A stretch of DNA of 64,000 nt, from NCBI GenBank assembly GCA_044347345.1, contig JBIKUX010000006.1:25206-89205 (forward strand). Reading direction: 5' to 3'. The DNA is from Bdellovibrionota bacterium (lineage in GTDB: Bacteria > Bdellovibrionota_C > UBA2361 > JBIKUX01). Positions within the stretch are counted from its first letter, which is position 1; each line of letters begins with the position of its first letter. The notes under the pieces are model-generated. The model did not search any database, was not told the origin of the DNA, and saw only the letters and a list, made by a program, of their open reading frames with translations. This document shows, in pieces, positions 36,539 through 46,565 of the stretch. The position numbers and the translations under genes are program-made.

Positions 36539-37215
36539 ACCGTTTTTCTCCTCATGCCTACACTACTTTGGAAAGGAATCAGACGTGGATTATTTGTTTG
36601 ATTTTTTACCTCGATCTGAAACGCTATACTAAGGGCGTTATTTTCTATAGTAAAAACTTTACCGTTGTTAATCTCTGGGGCACGAATTCTAGAGGTCATT
36701 AATAGAGCAGAATTGAGCGGATCTGTAGCGGGTGTATTGCAGGTTCCATCTGATTGTCTTGATGGTGGATTATTCATAAGAATCTGACCACGGACAAGCT
36801 CATTTTTGGCTGGATTGAAACGGTAACCAACGTACCAAAGTTGTTGGCCTCTACCGGCGCTTTGGCTTACTGAATCGTGGCTGACAAAAAATCTAATATC
36901 GTTCCCGTCAGTGCTGATTTCAACCTGATTAGGACACATTTCAAGAGCTGAATTAATCCCACCAAAGTATGGAGATAGTATCCCAGCCATTCTCACTTCT
37001 GCGAGTAATGAGTGTAAAATGTAACGAGCTTGCATTGATGATTCAGCAGCTTGAGTCTCAAAAGATAGTGTGCTGTAAGCAGAGGATGTTGCACTAGCAA
37101 TACTTAAGATGGTGACACCAAGTAAGACTACTGCTACAAGCATCTCCATGAGTGTATAGGCTTGACTATTTTTAACCTTAGAAGAGATACGATGAAGTGG
37201 TTTACCTGAAGTCAT
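36535..37215 (-). CDS. Minor pseudopilin, GspJ/PilW-like
   Basis: Prepilin-type N-terminus QAYTLMEMLVAVVLLGVTILSIA (Glu at +5, Ala instead of Gly at -1). Confidence 0.55.
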   Translation of the reverse strand: MTSGKPLHRISSKVKNSQAYTLMEMLVAVVLLGVTILSIASATSSAYSTLSFETQAAESSMQARYILHSLLAEVRMAGILSPYFGGINSALEMCPNQVEISTDGNDIRFFVSHDSVSQSAGRGQQLWYVGYRFNPAKNELVRGQILMNNPPSRQSDGTCNTPATDPLNSALLMTSRIRAPEINNGKVFTIENNALSIAFQIEVKNQTNNPRLIPFQSSVGMRRKTV

Positions 37216-37226
37216 GCAAATTCCAT

Positions 37227-37700
37227 CTATCTAAAATCAGCTAAAACAGTTGAGAATTGGTAGCTGATGGGAGCATAACCTGCTCCCATCTTATTGCGTA
37301 CAACCAGATTTATCTCTACCCAGTCAGGTAAAATAGCTGACGGAGCACTCATACGAGCTATATATTCAATATTTATTGAGTAGTTTGCTTTTTCAATAGA
37401 TGTAGCAGAAGTTGGAGAAAAAATTGTTTGAGTGACAACTTGGTTTTTGGTAATCGCATCACTGCCAAAGATGCTCACGATATTTTGAGCATAAGGTTTG
37501 CTTCGCATTGATTCAATTAAACCTTGAGCTGCAAACATAGCTTCTGTATTTCTTCGAGAATGAGACGTTGAGTGAATAGATCTTATTAAAAGTCCCCCAA
37601 AAGCAATAAGTGTCATGCTTATGAGCGAGAGCGCAATCATGTTCTCAATAATTGAGATACCTGAGTTTTTGCCTCGAAATTGTTTTTTAAATCTGAACAT
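37227..37700 (-). CDS. Minor pseudopilin, GspI/PilV-like
   Basis: Prepilin-type N-terminus GISIIENMIALSLISMTLIAFGG (G|xxxxE). Confidence 0.6.
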   Translation of the reverse strand: MFRFKKQFRGKNSGISIIENMIALSLISMTLIAFGGLLIRSIHSTSHSRRNTEAMFAAQGLIESMRSKPYAQNIVSIFGSDAITKNQVVTQTIFSPTSATSIEKANYSINIEYIARMSAPSAILPDWVEINLVVRNKMGAGYAPISYQFSTVLADFR

Positions 37701-37715
37701 ATCTTTTACACTTGC

Positions 37716-38237
37716 TCACTTAATCCCTTGCTCCATTGACACAGATCCAAATGGATTAACTATCACCGTCTGTTTTATTGTCCCTAGTTGTATTGTTAAA
37801 GTAATAGGATTTAAAATAAGTTCTCCGTTTTGATAGACATGACCCAATCCAGAAAACGTGAACTGTTGAGGCAGTTCTTCCCACTTAATCAGTTTTTTAG
37901 TTAATTCTTCCTTAAAGCTAAATTCGTCGTCGCGAAGCGTTCCTGTGCCAGCTACATCGTAAAAAAAACCGTTCTCTTCAAAAGATACCGTTACTGGTCT
38001 ATGAGATCTTATTGCTTCAAAGCGAGAATGTTGTAACTTCAGTGCTATTGTCCGTCTTATCACGCCTAGACTTTGCCATTTGGTAGTTTCAGAAATACTA
38101 GCGTATGCTACACCTAAAACTATATTTAAAATTCCTACTGAAATAATGAGCTCTAAAAGAGTAAAACCTCGACAATAGTTTAATTGAGATCTTTTTATCT
38201 CAGCCCATTCCTTCATACTCAAGGTCCACTGTATCAA
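37716..38237 (-). CDS. Minor pseudopilin, GspH/FimT-like
   Basis: Canonical prepilin motif RGFTLLELIISVGILNIVLGVAYA (G|FTLLE). Confidence 0.7.
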   Translation of the reverse strand: MIQWTLSMKEWAEIKRSQLNYCRGFTLLELIISVGILNIVLGVAYASISETTKWQSLGVIRRTIALKLQHSRFEAIRSHRPVTVSFEENGFFYDVAGTGTLRDDEFSFKEELTKKLIKWEELPQQFTFSGLGHVYQNGELILNPITLTIQLGTIKQTVIVNPFGSVSMEQGIK

Positions 38238-38504
38238 CTTACATTCTTAGCTCATTTAGTCGGCTTTTTGTAAATAAAACATAAGTGATAATTAGTTTAC
38301 TGAGAATTATTCTTATTACGATCATCAGATTTCTAAGATTTTAGTGAGAGCTAATGAAGGCTTAAAAATTTACTAATGAAAAACTAACAAAGTTGGAACT
38401 AAATTTTAATATTGTGAACTTTTGATAAAAGGCATTGTTTTGGTTTTTTTTTCAGATATACCTTCGCACTAAGATATTCTTTTATTTAATTTTTTATTAA
38501 TCTG

Positions 38505-39263
38505 ATGAATAACTCCGCTGAGTCGTATTTTGGATATGAGTCTACGTTTGTCTCTGGGAAGGGTGGCAGATTCCCTAGGCATTTTAACAATATAGATTCT
38601 GTAAATGAACCGATAATTGGTGAACAATTCAAGCCAGAGCCAGCGTATTACGAAACAAATAGAGAAAATAATTTTATTGAAGTAGATGATGAAGGCAACT
38701 ATACGGTTAAAAATAGCTCAGTTGTTGATATAAAAGAGATTTTTCCGCTTTCACCATTACTTGTACTTGAAAAGACATGGCATTATCTTTTTTTTGTCAT
38801 TCTTACCCTTACAATTTATGTAGGTCGAAATGGATGGGAAGAATTATTTTATCCGCACCATTGGACTGAGGCTCTTGAGTTGCTGCTAATTAGGGTTAAG
38901 CTTTTCATGTGGACCGTAGCAGGTTTGTATTGGGAGTGGATTCGTCGTGGTACAGAAATTTATCTGTATGGTTTGCGTCTTGAAATAGCGCAAGGGATTT
39001 TCTTTAAAAAGAGAGCATCGGTGCATCTTTTACCCCATACTACAGTGTATGTGTTGCGACACGGATGGTTTGATCATATTTTTAATACAGCTACCCTTAA
39101 AGTTTGTCCGGTGAATATGCCTGACGAAGACCTTGTAACAATTACATGTTTACCTATAGATAGGGCTCATAGATTGCGGCGTTATTTAACTCAGCAAATA
39201 GATAAGCAATTAAATGTTGATAAAGATCATCCGGTTTTTGTGGAATCTAAAAAAGTGGTATAG
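38505..39263 (+). CDS. Hypothetical membrane protein (possibly bacterial PH-domain, YdbT/DUF304-like)
   Basis: Soluble N-terminal ~90 aa, then a TM hairpin (HYLFFVILTLTIYV / LFMWTVAGLYWEWI), then a ~100-aa domain. Assignment is tentative. Confidence 0.3.
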   Translation: MNNSAESYFGYESTFVSGKGGRFPRHFNNIDSVNEPIIGEQFKPEPAYYETNRENNFIEVDDEGNYTVKNSSVVDIKEIFPLSPLLVLEKTWHYLFFVILTLTIYVGRNGWEELFYPHHWTEALELLLIRVKLFMWTVAGLYWEWIRRGTEIYLYGLRLEIAQGIFFKKRASVHLLPHTTVYVLRHGWFDHIFNTATLKVCPVNMPDEDLVTITCLPIDRAHRLRRYLTQQIDKQLNVDKDHPVFVESKKVV

Positions 39264-39351
39264 TTTGGGTGGCGCATACCAATTAGCCCTTGCTTTAGTA
39301 CAAATAACTTTTCAGTAGTGAAAGCGATTCAGATTTATGCTGTAAGAATAA

Positions 39352-40050
39352 ATGATAGTAAAAAAAATGTTTACAGGTATTGTAGCAGGCTGTGGTAGTG
39401 TTAATTCGTTTAAATGTTCTCAAGGCTACAAAGAGCTTATCATCGAAGCACCTGACGAAATATTAAAGTCGTGCGAAAAAGGCGCTAGTATAGCAGTAGA
39501 CGGAGTATGTCTGACTGTAAAATATATTGATCAAAATTTTGTAGCCTTTGATGTTGGAGCCGAAACTAGACGTTTGACAACCTTAGATCAGTATCAGGTA
39601 GGATATAAGGCCAATTTAGAGCGTTCTTTAAAATTAGGAGACGAGATTGGCGGGCATATGTTATCTGGTCACGTTGATGGTGTTGGAAGGGTACTAAATA
39701 TTAGTAGTACCTCAGGGAATACAATTCTTCAAATAGCTGCTCCAGTAGGACTTTATAAATACATTTTTTTAAAAGGTTACATCGCAGTTAATGGTGTGAG
39801 TTTAACTATAAATGAACTTTACCTGCCCAGCGTAATTCATGAATCTGATAAGGTTACGCCTATTCAAAAAGCGAGTGAGAGTAACAACGGATTTTTCATT
39901 TGTCATCTTGTGCCTGAGACACTTAAGCGTACTAACCTTGAAAAATTGAATTGTGGTTCTTTGGTCAATTTAGAAATATCTCGTAATGATCAAGTACTTG
40001 TCGAGACAGCTCTCCGGTGGTTAGAGCATAATTTCAGCAATAAATCCTGA
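39352..40050 (+). CDS. ribE: Riboflavin synthase alpha subunit
   Basis: MFTGIVAGCGSV N-terminal signature. Second lumazine-binding repeat (GHVDGVGRV). Confidence 0.85.
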   Translation: MIVKKMFTGIVAGCGSVNSFKCSQGYKELIIEAPDEILKSCEKGASIAVDGVCLTVKYIDQNFVAFDVGAETRRLTTLDQYQVGYKANLERSLKLGDEIGGHMLSGHVDGVGRVLNISSTSGNTILQIAAPVGLYKYIFLKGYIAVNGVSLTINELYLPSVIHESDKVTPIQKASESNNGFFICHLVPETLKRTNLEKLNCGSLVNLEISRNDQVLVETALRWLEHNFSNKS

Positions 40051-40202
40051 TTACTCAAATATCAAATGCCTTGTTTTTTACGGCAGTTCCTTTTATTAAC
40101 GATAACTTAGTTTCAGTATTTTAGTAAATCTAACTTAAAAGCGATAATAAACTGTGAGCAGTAAAAAAGGCCTAATAAGTCTCTCCACCCTCAGGGTATT
40201 TA

Positions 40203-40487
40203 ATGATCCGATTTTTCTTTTCTTTAGTTTTTTATGTTGTTGTAGCAAGGTGGGTATATGTAGAGATTGCCACATTTATGCCCCATGCTATTCCGTACAT
40301 TGATGCAGGAGTGAGAATAATTTCGATTCCACCGCATACTCAATGGGGACCCGTAATTGCCAAGGTAAAAAGTAGGCTCCAGAAATTTTCAACTAAGCCA
40401 TACATAGCGAACACTGAGTTAATTCCAAATTTGCCAAAAGCCCGTTTGAGAGAGGACTGGTGGTTAACCGGCAATGTCTCAGAGTAA
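40203..40487 (+). CDS. Hypothetical small protein, doubtful
   Basis: 94-aa ORF only. Hydrophobic N-terminus. Confidence 0.2.
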   Translation: MIRFFFSLVFYVVVARWVYVEIATFMPHAIPYIDAGVRIISIPPHTQWGPVIAKVKSRLQKFSTKPYIANTELIPNLPKARLREDWWLTGNVSE

Positions 40488-40569
40488 GTTTTTTAAAGAC
40501 TGAAGTAGAGTTTAATTTAAATTTGTATTTTTTAGTTTACGCGTTCATTGTTTGCTATTTGGGAGAGAT

Positions 40570-41181
40570 TTAGCCGTTTGAAACTCGAGCAGTAGTAGAG
40601 TTTTGTACCGAGGAACAGCACTCAGTAAAAGTAGTTTTGTATAGCTCTAAAGCATCTAAAACTATTTGTTGAGCAGCACTTTTTCCGACAAATTGGTCAA
40701 CTAAAACAGCTTTATTCTCTAACTTTTTGTAGTCTTCAAAGAAATTACGAAGTTCAAGGAGGATATGTGGAGGAAGATCATTTACATCATCGTAATGTTG
40801 CACGCTCATGTCATTAACTGCAACAGCAATGATTTTATCGTCATGCTCTCCTTGATCTACCATCTGCATGGCACCAATTACTTTAGCTTCAACCAAGCAC
40901 AGTGGCTGAATAGCTATTTGAGAAAACACTAAAATATCTAAAGGATCTTTGTCATCGCAAAAAGTTTGGGGAATAAAACCGTAGTTTGCGGGATAATGAA
41001 CGGCTGAAAACAGCACTCTATCAAGTTTTAGTAGTCCACTATCTTTATCCAGCTCATATTTAGCTTTCGATGCTTTGGAAATTTCTATAATGGATGTAAC
41101 AATCTCAGGAGAATCTTGGCCGGGAGACACAGTGTGCCAGGGATTCTGGACAATACCCTTCTGATTATTCTTGGTAGACAT
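40570..41181 (-). CDS. ppa: Inorganic pyrophosphatase (family I)
   Basis: DPLDILV and DDKIIAV metal-binding motifs. Length 203 aa. Confidence 0.85.
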   Translation of the reverse strand: MSTKNNQKGIVQNPWHTVSPGQDSPEIVTSIIEISKASKAKYELDKDSGLLKLDRVLFSAVHYPANYGFIPQTFCDDKDPLDILVFSQIAIQPLCLVEAKVIGAMQMVDQGEHDDKIIAVAVNDMSVQHYDDVNDLPPHILLELRNFFEDYKKLENKAVLVDQFVGKSAAQQIVLDALELYKTTFTECCSSVQNSTTARVSNG

Positions 41182-41356
41182 AATAACTTAAACTCTAACG
41201 TTTGATCTTAACAATAGTTCCTATATTTAGCTGATGAACAGCGTATTACACAAGTTGTTATAGCTAAATCTTTTGTTTTGGATCGCTCTTATTTAATTAA
41301 GCATCTTTTCTCTAAGAGTTAAATAAATTGATAGTTAAAAACTAGGTAAAAGTTTT

Positions 41357-42304
41357 GTGACCCTTAAAAAGCCTAAAGTGTTAATTTTAGGTGCTACTGG
41401 CATGCTAGGGTCAATGGTGCTTGACGTTTTTGACCGAGCTGGTTGCTTTTCATTGCATGCAACCGGTCGAGAACATGAGATGATTGAACTAGGTAGTGTT
41501 TTATTTCCGAAAGTTTCTTGGCATCCGCTTTTACTATCTCCCTTTGAGTCAAATGTTCAGCGCTTGATTCCCTTACCCGAAGTGGAATGGATTGTGAATG
41601 CTATTCATATAACGCGACCTTTTATTTCGGGTGAATCTCCAAATGATCGTGAAAGAGCACTCCAGATTAATGGTATTTTCCCTCATGAATTAGCTAGATT
41701 TGCAACATCTCGCAATATTAAAATAATACAGTTTTCAACTGATTGGGTATTTTCTGGACTAACCGGAAATTACTCGGAGAAGTCATCTCATGATGCTATT
41801 GACGTTTATGGGAAGACAATGAGTTTGGGGGAAGTAGTACTTCCTCATACTTTTGTAATCCGTACATCTTTAGTTGGGCCGGAGCCTGTGCGTTCGAAGT
41901 ATCTTCTTGAATGGCTTTTGGTTCAGCCTCTCGGAGCTAAAATATCAAGTTTTAGTAATTATTTGTGGAATGGTATTACTACCTTGCATCTTGCAAACAT
42001 TTGTAAAGCGATAATTGAACATGACCTTACACCATTTGGCATTCATCATCTTATTCCAAATGGTGTATCTTCTGAAGCTGAAACCGTTTTAGCGTTAGCC
42101 GCTAATTTTAAACGAACTGACTTAGATATTATTATATGTTCTGGTCATGATTCAGCGAATCGAATTTTGGTAACTGAAAGAGAAGCTCTCAATGAGCGGC
42201 TTTGGTTTCTTGCAGGTTATCGTGAAAAAATACCAACGTTAAACAACATGATTAAAGAGCTAGCAAACTATCCGTATCGTTTTAGGCAATTTCGAAATCA
42301 GTGA
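41357..42304 (+). CDS. NAD(P)-dependent sugar-nucleotide epimerase/reductase (RmlD-like substrate-binding domain)
   Basis: Rossmann GxxGxxG (VLILGATGMLGSMV). YxxxK-like catalytic region (NYSEKSSHDAIDVYGKTMSLGE). Confidence 0.5.
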   Translation: MTLKKPKVLILGATGMLGSMVLDVFDRAGCFSLHATGREHEMIELGSVLFPKVSWHPLLLSPFESNVQRLIPLPEVEWIVNAIHITRPFISGESPNDRERALQINGIFPHELARFATSRNIKIIQFSTDWVFSGLTGNYSEKSSHDAIDVYGKTMSLGEVVLPHTFVIRTSLVGPEPVRSKYLLEWLLVQPLGAKISSFSNYLWNGITTLHLANICKAIIEHDLTPFGIHHLIPNGVSSEAETVLALAANFKRTDLDIIICSGHDSANRILVTEREALNERLWFLAGYREKIPTLNNMIKELANYPYRFRQFRNQ

Positions 42305-42323
42305 ATAGAGAAAGCTATAATAT

Positions 42324-42755
42324 CTAACGAATCATAGCTCCATTTTTGGCACGCATTTCGAGAGATTCCTTAATACATTCAATAAGCGCAGTTGCTGAAA
42401 GATATCCAAAATCTTTTTCAACTTCGGTGCCGAGAGCTCTCTTTAGTTTCTCAACAAGCTCTTGAGTTTCATGGTCATAACTACCTGAAATTGTTACTCT
42501 ATCTGAGATACATGTAAATTCACAAAACATATTTATGAGCGTCTGCATAGCTCGTATTTGTTGTTCTTGAGCCAATTTACCTATAGATGGAGCAGTAGCT
42601 TCCGATGGTATAGGTTCTATTTGGGCGATAGCTCTTATAAGCTCGGCCCAGCGTGAGCTTATATGTGATGGACTGGTGTCAGCTCTTCTGCGTAGCTGGT
42701 TTGATCCATTACTTTGGTATTCTTTGTCTTGTTTAGTTTTGTTGGGTTCACTCAC
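42324..42755 (-). CDS. Hypothetical protein
   Basis: 143-aa ORF. No motif recognised. Confidence 0.35.
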   Translation of the reverse strand: MSEPNKTKQDKEYQSNGSNQLRRRADTSPSHISSRWAELIRAIAQIEPIPSEATAPSIGKLAQEQQIRAMQTLINMFCEFTCISDRVTISGSYDHETQELVEKLKRALGTEVEKDFGYLSATALIECIKESLEMRAKNGAMIR

Positions 42756-42825
42756 GGTAGTATCATTTTAGAGAATTCTTCTAGTAAATTGGATGATCGG
42801 CATTTATACGGATAACGTTTACAAT

Positions 42826-44349
42826 TTATTTTCTACAAGATTTTTTAATAAATTCTTTAATTATGGCTTGATAGTTAAGAAAAGTAGTTCGGTTTCGTGG
42901 TCCTTCGTGAGAAAAGACTTTTTTACCAAACATAATTATACGAGATTCTTCATGAAGAATTTGTTTTCTTCTGAGGTGTGAAAAAAGTTCGATCAGTGCA
43001 TTTACTGGAGCGCGCTCGTCATCTTCGGCACTTATAACTAAAATAGGGGGTAATAAATTTTTGGGGGGTGAAGTTAGTAATGAAATTTTCTTTAATATTT
43101 CTTCTTGCACAGATTGCACAGATTTAATGTTTCTACCCAACCACTCAGCTTTTTCATCTGGGGAGAAAATGGGAATCCTGGGGTGAGTGTCTCTTTTTTC
43201 TAATTTAAGTAAGGCGTAAGGATCAATAAAAGGTACTTCGAGAACTACTGCACAGAACAAGTGTGGCGCTGTAGCAACGCCCCTCAAGACTGGTATCGCA
43301 CCAGCGCTACGAGCTAACGCTACAGTTTGGCCTGGTGGAATGTTGTATTTTTCTGTGATTGCAATCGTCTCAGTTACATATTCCGTTGCTGAGCGTAATT
43401 TCCCAAGTCCTTGACCTTCAATAGCGCGTCCATTATCTCCAGCAATTTTTGTGCGGTATACTAAATATCCATCACGAGCAAGTAAGGATAATAGGGGAAG
43501 TGAAGGGAGTCGCACCGGTGCACCGTATGCTCCATAACCAATGCTTATGAGCCCCGTTCGTTGAGATTTAGGTTTTAGGGGAAATTGGCGCGGCTGTTCT
43601 TTTACCAAGTGTGATAAAGATCTATTTTTCTTTAAGTAAATAGGCTTCGATGTTGTTTCGTCTATCTTGTTAGTCCCCCATAAAACAATCTTATTTAGAG
43701 GTATTTCTTTACTTAGAGTGGTGGCGACTAAGGATCCGTCATTTTGATTGTTTTCTTTTACGTCCCAGGATATGTCGTAAATATTTTTAACCTCGGAGAA
43801 TGTTTTTATTGAAATAGTACCGTTTTTATTCCAACGAGCTAAGAATACATTTGCATCACGTTCTTGATTGTTAAACAGAAGAGCCACCCAAGGATATTTT
43901 GGATGAACTCTAATAGCATCTAGTGAACATGAGTCGTTGTGACATAAAGACTCAAGGATTAGACTACTCGTTTTTCCTTGACTGTTTTTTAATTGAATGG
44001 TTGGAAGGCTTCGACCAGTAGCATCGGCAATGATCGCTAATGATCCGTTTGTAGTGTTTTGAACAATTTTTACTTCATTTTTGAGTGAAGCTTGATCAGA
44101 AACGGATGGGGGAAGAGTTGCTGATAATAGTAGTTGTGTCCTCTTAATTGATCTGGTGTTTGTAGAGAGCCAAGCATTTCCCCATTCGATCTCTTGTTGG
44201 TATCTCTTTTTAAGAGATGCTTCTTTACCAGTTGGAACCTGAGAAGAAAAAGTTGAAGTGCTGCATCCTAGAAGCACGGTACATTTTATAGCCAAGATAA
44301 AACTTAAAAGTGGCAGGTTAGAGATGATATTGTCTTGAGACCAAAGCAT
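42826..44349 (-). CDS. S9-like alpha/beta-hydrolase peptidase (prolyl-oligopeptidase family-like), probable lipoprotein
   Basis: Lipobox LLGCSTS. C-terminal hydrolase fold with nucleophile-elbow variant ARSAG, an acidic ILVISAEDDERAP segment and a distal His. N-terminal beta-rich region. Confidence 0.45.
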   Translation of the reverse strand: MLWSQDNIISNLPLLSFILAIKCTVLLGCSTSTFSSQVPTGKEASLKKRYQQEIEWGNAWLSTNTRSIKRTQLLLSATLPPSVSDQASLKNEVKIVQNTTNGSLAIIADATGRSLPTIQLKNSQGKTSSLILESLCHNDSCSLDAIRVHPKYPWVALLFNNQERDANVFLARWNKNGTISIKTFSEVKNIYDISWDVKENNQNDGSLVATTLSKEIPLNKIVLWGTNKIDETTSKPIYLKKNRSLSHLVKEQPRQFPLKPKSQRTGLISIGYGAYGAPVRLPSLPLLSLLARDGYLVYRTKIAGDNGRAIEGQGLGKLRSATEYVTETIAITEKYNIPPGQTVALARSAGAIPVLRGVATAPHLFCAVVLEVPFIDPYALLKLEKRDTHPRIPIFSPDEKAEWLGRNIKSVQSVQEEILKKISLLTSPPKNLLPPILVISAEDDERAPVNALIELFSHLRRKQILHEESRIIMFGKKVFSHEGPRNRTTFLNYQAIIKEFIKKSCRK

Positions 44350-44577
44350 AAAAATTAAAGAATTATTTCGGGCTGAAAAGTATACTCCTTATCTAGATCA
44401 TTGGTCTTAAGTGAATAAGACTCTAGATGCTTCTTCGGTAGTGATTGAATTTTCCTAGAATAGACCACTACATTTAATAACGTTAAGCCTACGAGATTAC
44501 TTTTTGAATGAATAAAGATTAGGCTTGGAAGAACAAAATAATGTTTATCGATGAAATACAAGTCGATTGATTCAGTC

Positions 44578-45165
44578 TTAAGGACTTCGAAGACAGGGAT
44601 TTCGTATCCAGAGTCCTTCAACGACGTCTTGTAGCGGCCCAAGCTGGGAGATTGAAAGAGATGCTATTTTGGTAAAGCCATGAGACAAATGAAAATGGCG
44701 CGAAGCTACGTTATCGTTTGGATGCTCAACTATGAAAGCTAGTATCGTGATAGAGGAGGATAAGTCAGAAAAAAGGCGGTTATAAATTCTGTTGGCCAAG
44801 CCGAGACGACGCACCTCAGAAGCAACACAAATCTTGTCAACGTGAAAAACGGCTCGAGTTGACAACAGAGATTGTAATTTTAATGTTTCTACTCGATCTT
44901 CTGTAAAGATCTCCCGGAAAGGTTTTGAGCCCTTATGATAGCCTATAACAAATCCGAGAATTTGGCCGTTAGAGTCATGAGCCACCAGCGATACTCCTTC
45001 AGTAAACATCTGCAAGTAATCATCAGCGCTCTCAGTTCCAATTAGAAATCCTTGAGAGGAAGATCCACAACCTCTTACTAAAGCAACTGAGTTCGCCAAT
45101 TTCCAACATCCCTGAGCATCAACACTACACCCTGATACAATACTGATTTCGCCATTTAATGACAT
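44578..45165 (-). CDS. GNAT-family N-acetyltransferase
   Basis: Motif A-like ICVASEVRRLGLANRIYNRLF. Confidence 0.45.
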   Translation of the reverse strand: MSLNGEISIVSGCSVDAQGCWKLANSVALVRGCGSSSQGFLIGTESADDYLQMFTEGVSLVAHDSNGQILGFVIGYHKGSKPFREIFTEDRVETLKLQSLLSTRAVFHVDKICVASEVRRLGLANRIYNRLFSDLSSSITILAFIVEHPNDNVASRHFHLSHGFTKIASLSISQLGPLQDVVEGLWIRNPCLRSP

Positions 45166-45407
45166 AAAAGTTTCCGTTTATGCTAGTGTCCGATGGTTAG
45201 TAATTATGAGTAAAATGGCGGCAAACATTCAATAATTAAACAAAAATACTAAAGATTGGCAGGTTCTATCAGTAAGACACTAGAAGGCTGTTATATGCTG
45301 ATATATGTGTGCTTCATGCTCTGCTTACTAAGCATCTTATTTAAACACAACTAATCATTATACGGTAAGTTGTGAACTAAATTAGCGTTTGAGTTAGTAA
45401 TACTTTC

Positions 45408-46565
45408 ATGAGTTTCGCAATCTCAAGTACTGTCGATGGGGAGAATGTTCAGCTTCTAATCAGTACGGTGCGTAATTTTGTTGAAAAAGAAATTACGCCA
45501 CAAGTCAAAAAAATAGAGGAGCTAGGCTCAATTCCTCGGACTATTTGGCAGGCACTAGGATCTCTCGGGTTATTGGGAATTACTGTACCTGAGGAATATG
45601 GTGGTGTTGGTCTTGGCTACTATGCTCACTGTTTGGTCATGGAAGAGATAAGTCGAGTATCAGCTTCATTGGGCTTAAGCTACGGTGCTCATTCAAATCT
45701 GTGCGTAAATCAAATAATGCTTAATGGCTCAGATGCTCAGAGGGCAAAATATCTACCTAAATTAGTTGCAGGAGATTATATAGGGGCACTTGCTATGAGC
45801 GAGAGCTCGTCTGGCTCCGATGTAGTAAGTATGAAACTTAAAGCAGAGCGTCGTGGTAACAGCTATTTTCTTAATGGTTCCAAAATGTGGATTACCAATG
45901 GCCCACAAGCAGATATAATTGTGGTTTACGCTAAAACTAACCCAAGTTTAGGATCACGCGGAATTACAGCCTTCATTATTGAGCGAAACTTCAGTGGTTT
46001 TAAATCTGCTCAAAAGTTAGACAAACTTGGTATGCGTGGGTCAGAAACATCTGAATTAATTTTTGATTCGTGTGAAGTCCCAGCTGAAAACGTCTTGGGT
46101 GATGAAGGTGAAGGGGTACGTGTTTTAATGAGTGGTTTAGACTATGAGAGGATAGTTTTATCCGGCGGTCCAGTAGGTATTATGCAAGCTTGTTTAGATA
46201 CAGTATTACCGTATGTTCGAACTCGCGAACAATTCGGTAAGCGTATTGGTGATTTTCAACTAGTTCAAGGTAAGCTCGCCGATATGTACACCGCATTGGG
46301 CTCAAGTAGAGCCTACCTTCATCATGTAGCTAAGCTATGCGATATGGGCAAGGTCGCTAAAGAAGATGCAGCGGCAGTAATTCTTTACTGTGCTGAATCA
46401 GCAACAAAAGTGGCACTTGATGCTATTCAACTGCTCGGAGGTAATGGATACACTTCCGATTATCCGACAGGTCGTTATCTTAGAGATGCAAAGTTATATG
46501 AAATTGGTGCTGGAACATCTGAGATTAGGCGAATGTTAATCGGCAGAACCTTAGTTGATCGGTGA
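45408..46565 (+). CDS. Isovaleryl-CoA dehydrogenase (acyl-CoA dehydrogenase family)
   Basis: ACAD fold motifs ([10 protein letters not shown]..., C-terminal [35 protein letters not shown]). Context: directly followed by MCCase beta, a hydratase and HMG-CoA lyase. Confidence 0.85.
   Translation: MSFAISSTVDGENVQLLISTVRNFVEKEITPQVKKIEELGSIPRTIWQALGSLGLLGITVPEEYGGVGLGYYAHCLVMEEISRVSASLGLSYGAHSNLCVNQIMLNGSDAQRAKYLPKLVAGDYIGALAMSESSSGSDVVSMKLKAERRGNSYFLNGSKMWITNGPQADIIVVYAKTNPSLGSRGITAFIIERNFSGFKSAQKLDKLGMRGSETSELIFDSCEVPAENVLGDEGEGVRVLMSGLDYERIVLSGGPVGIMQACLDTVLPYVRTREQFGKRIGDFQLVQGKLADMYTALGSSRAYLHHVAKLCDMGKVAKEDAAAVILYCAESATKVALDAIQLLGGNGYTSDYPTGRYLRDAKLYEIGAGTSEIRRMLIGRTLVDR

Noticed and set aside
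44355-44642. 95-aa minus-strand ORF between the S9-like peptidase and GNAT genes
   Set aside because: Short, overlaps the GNAT gene's 3' end, no motif. Probably non-coding spacer.
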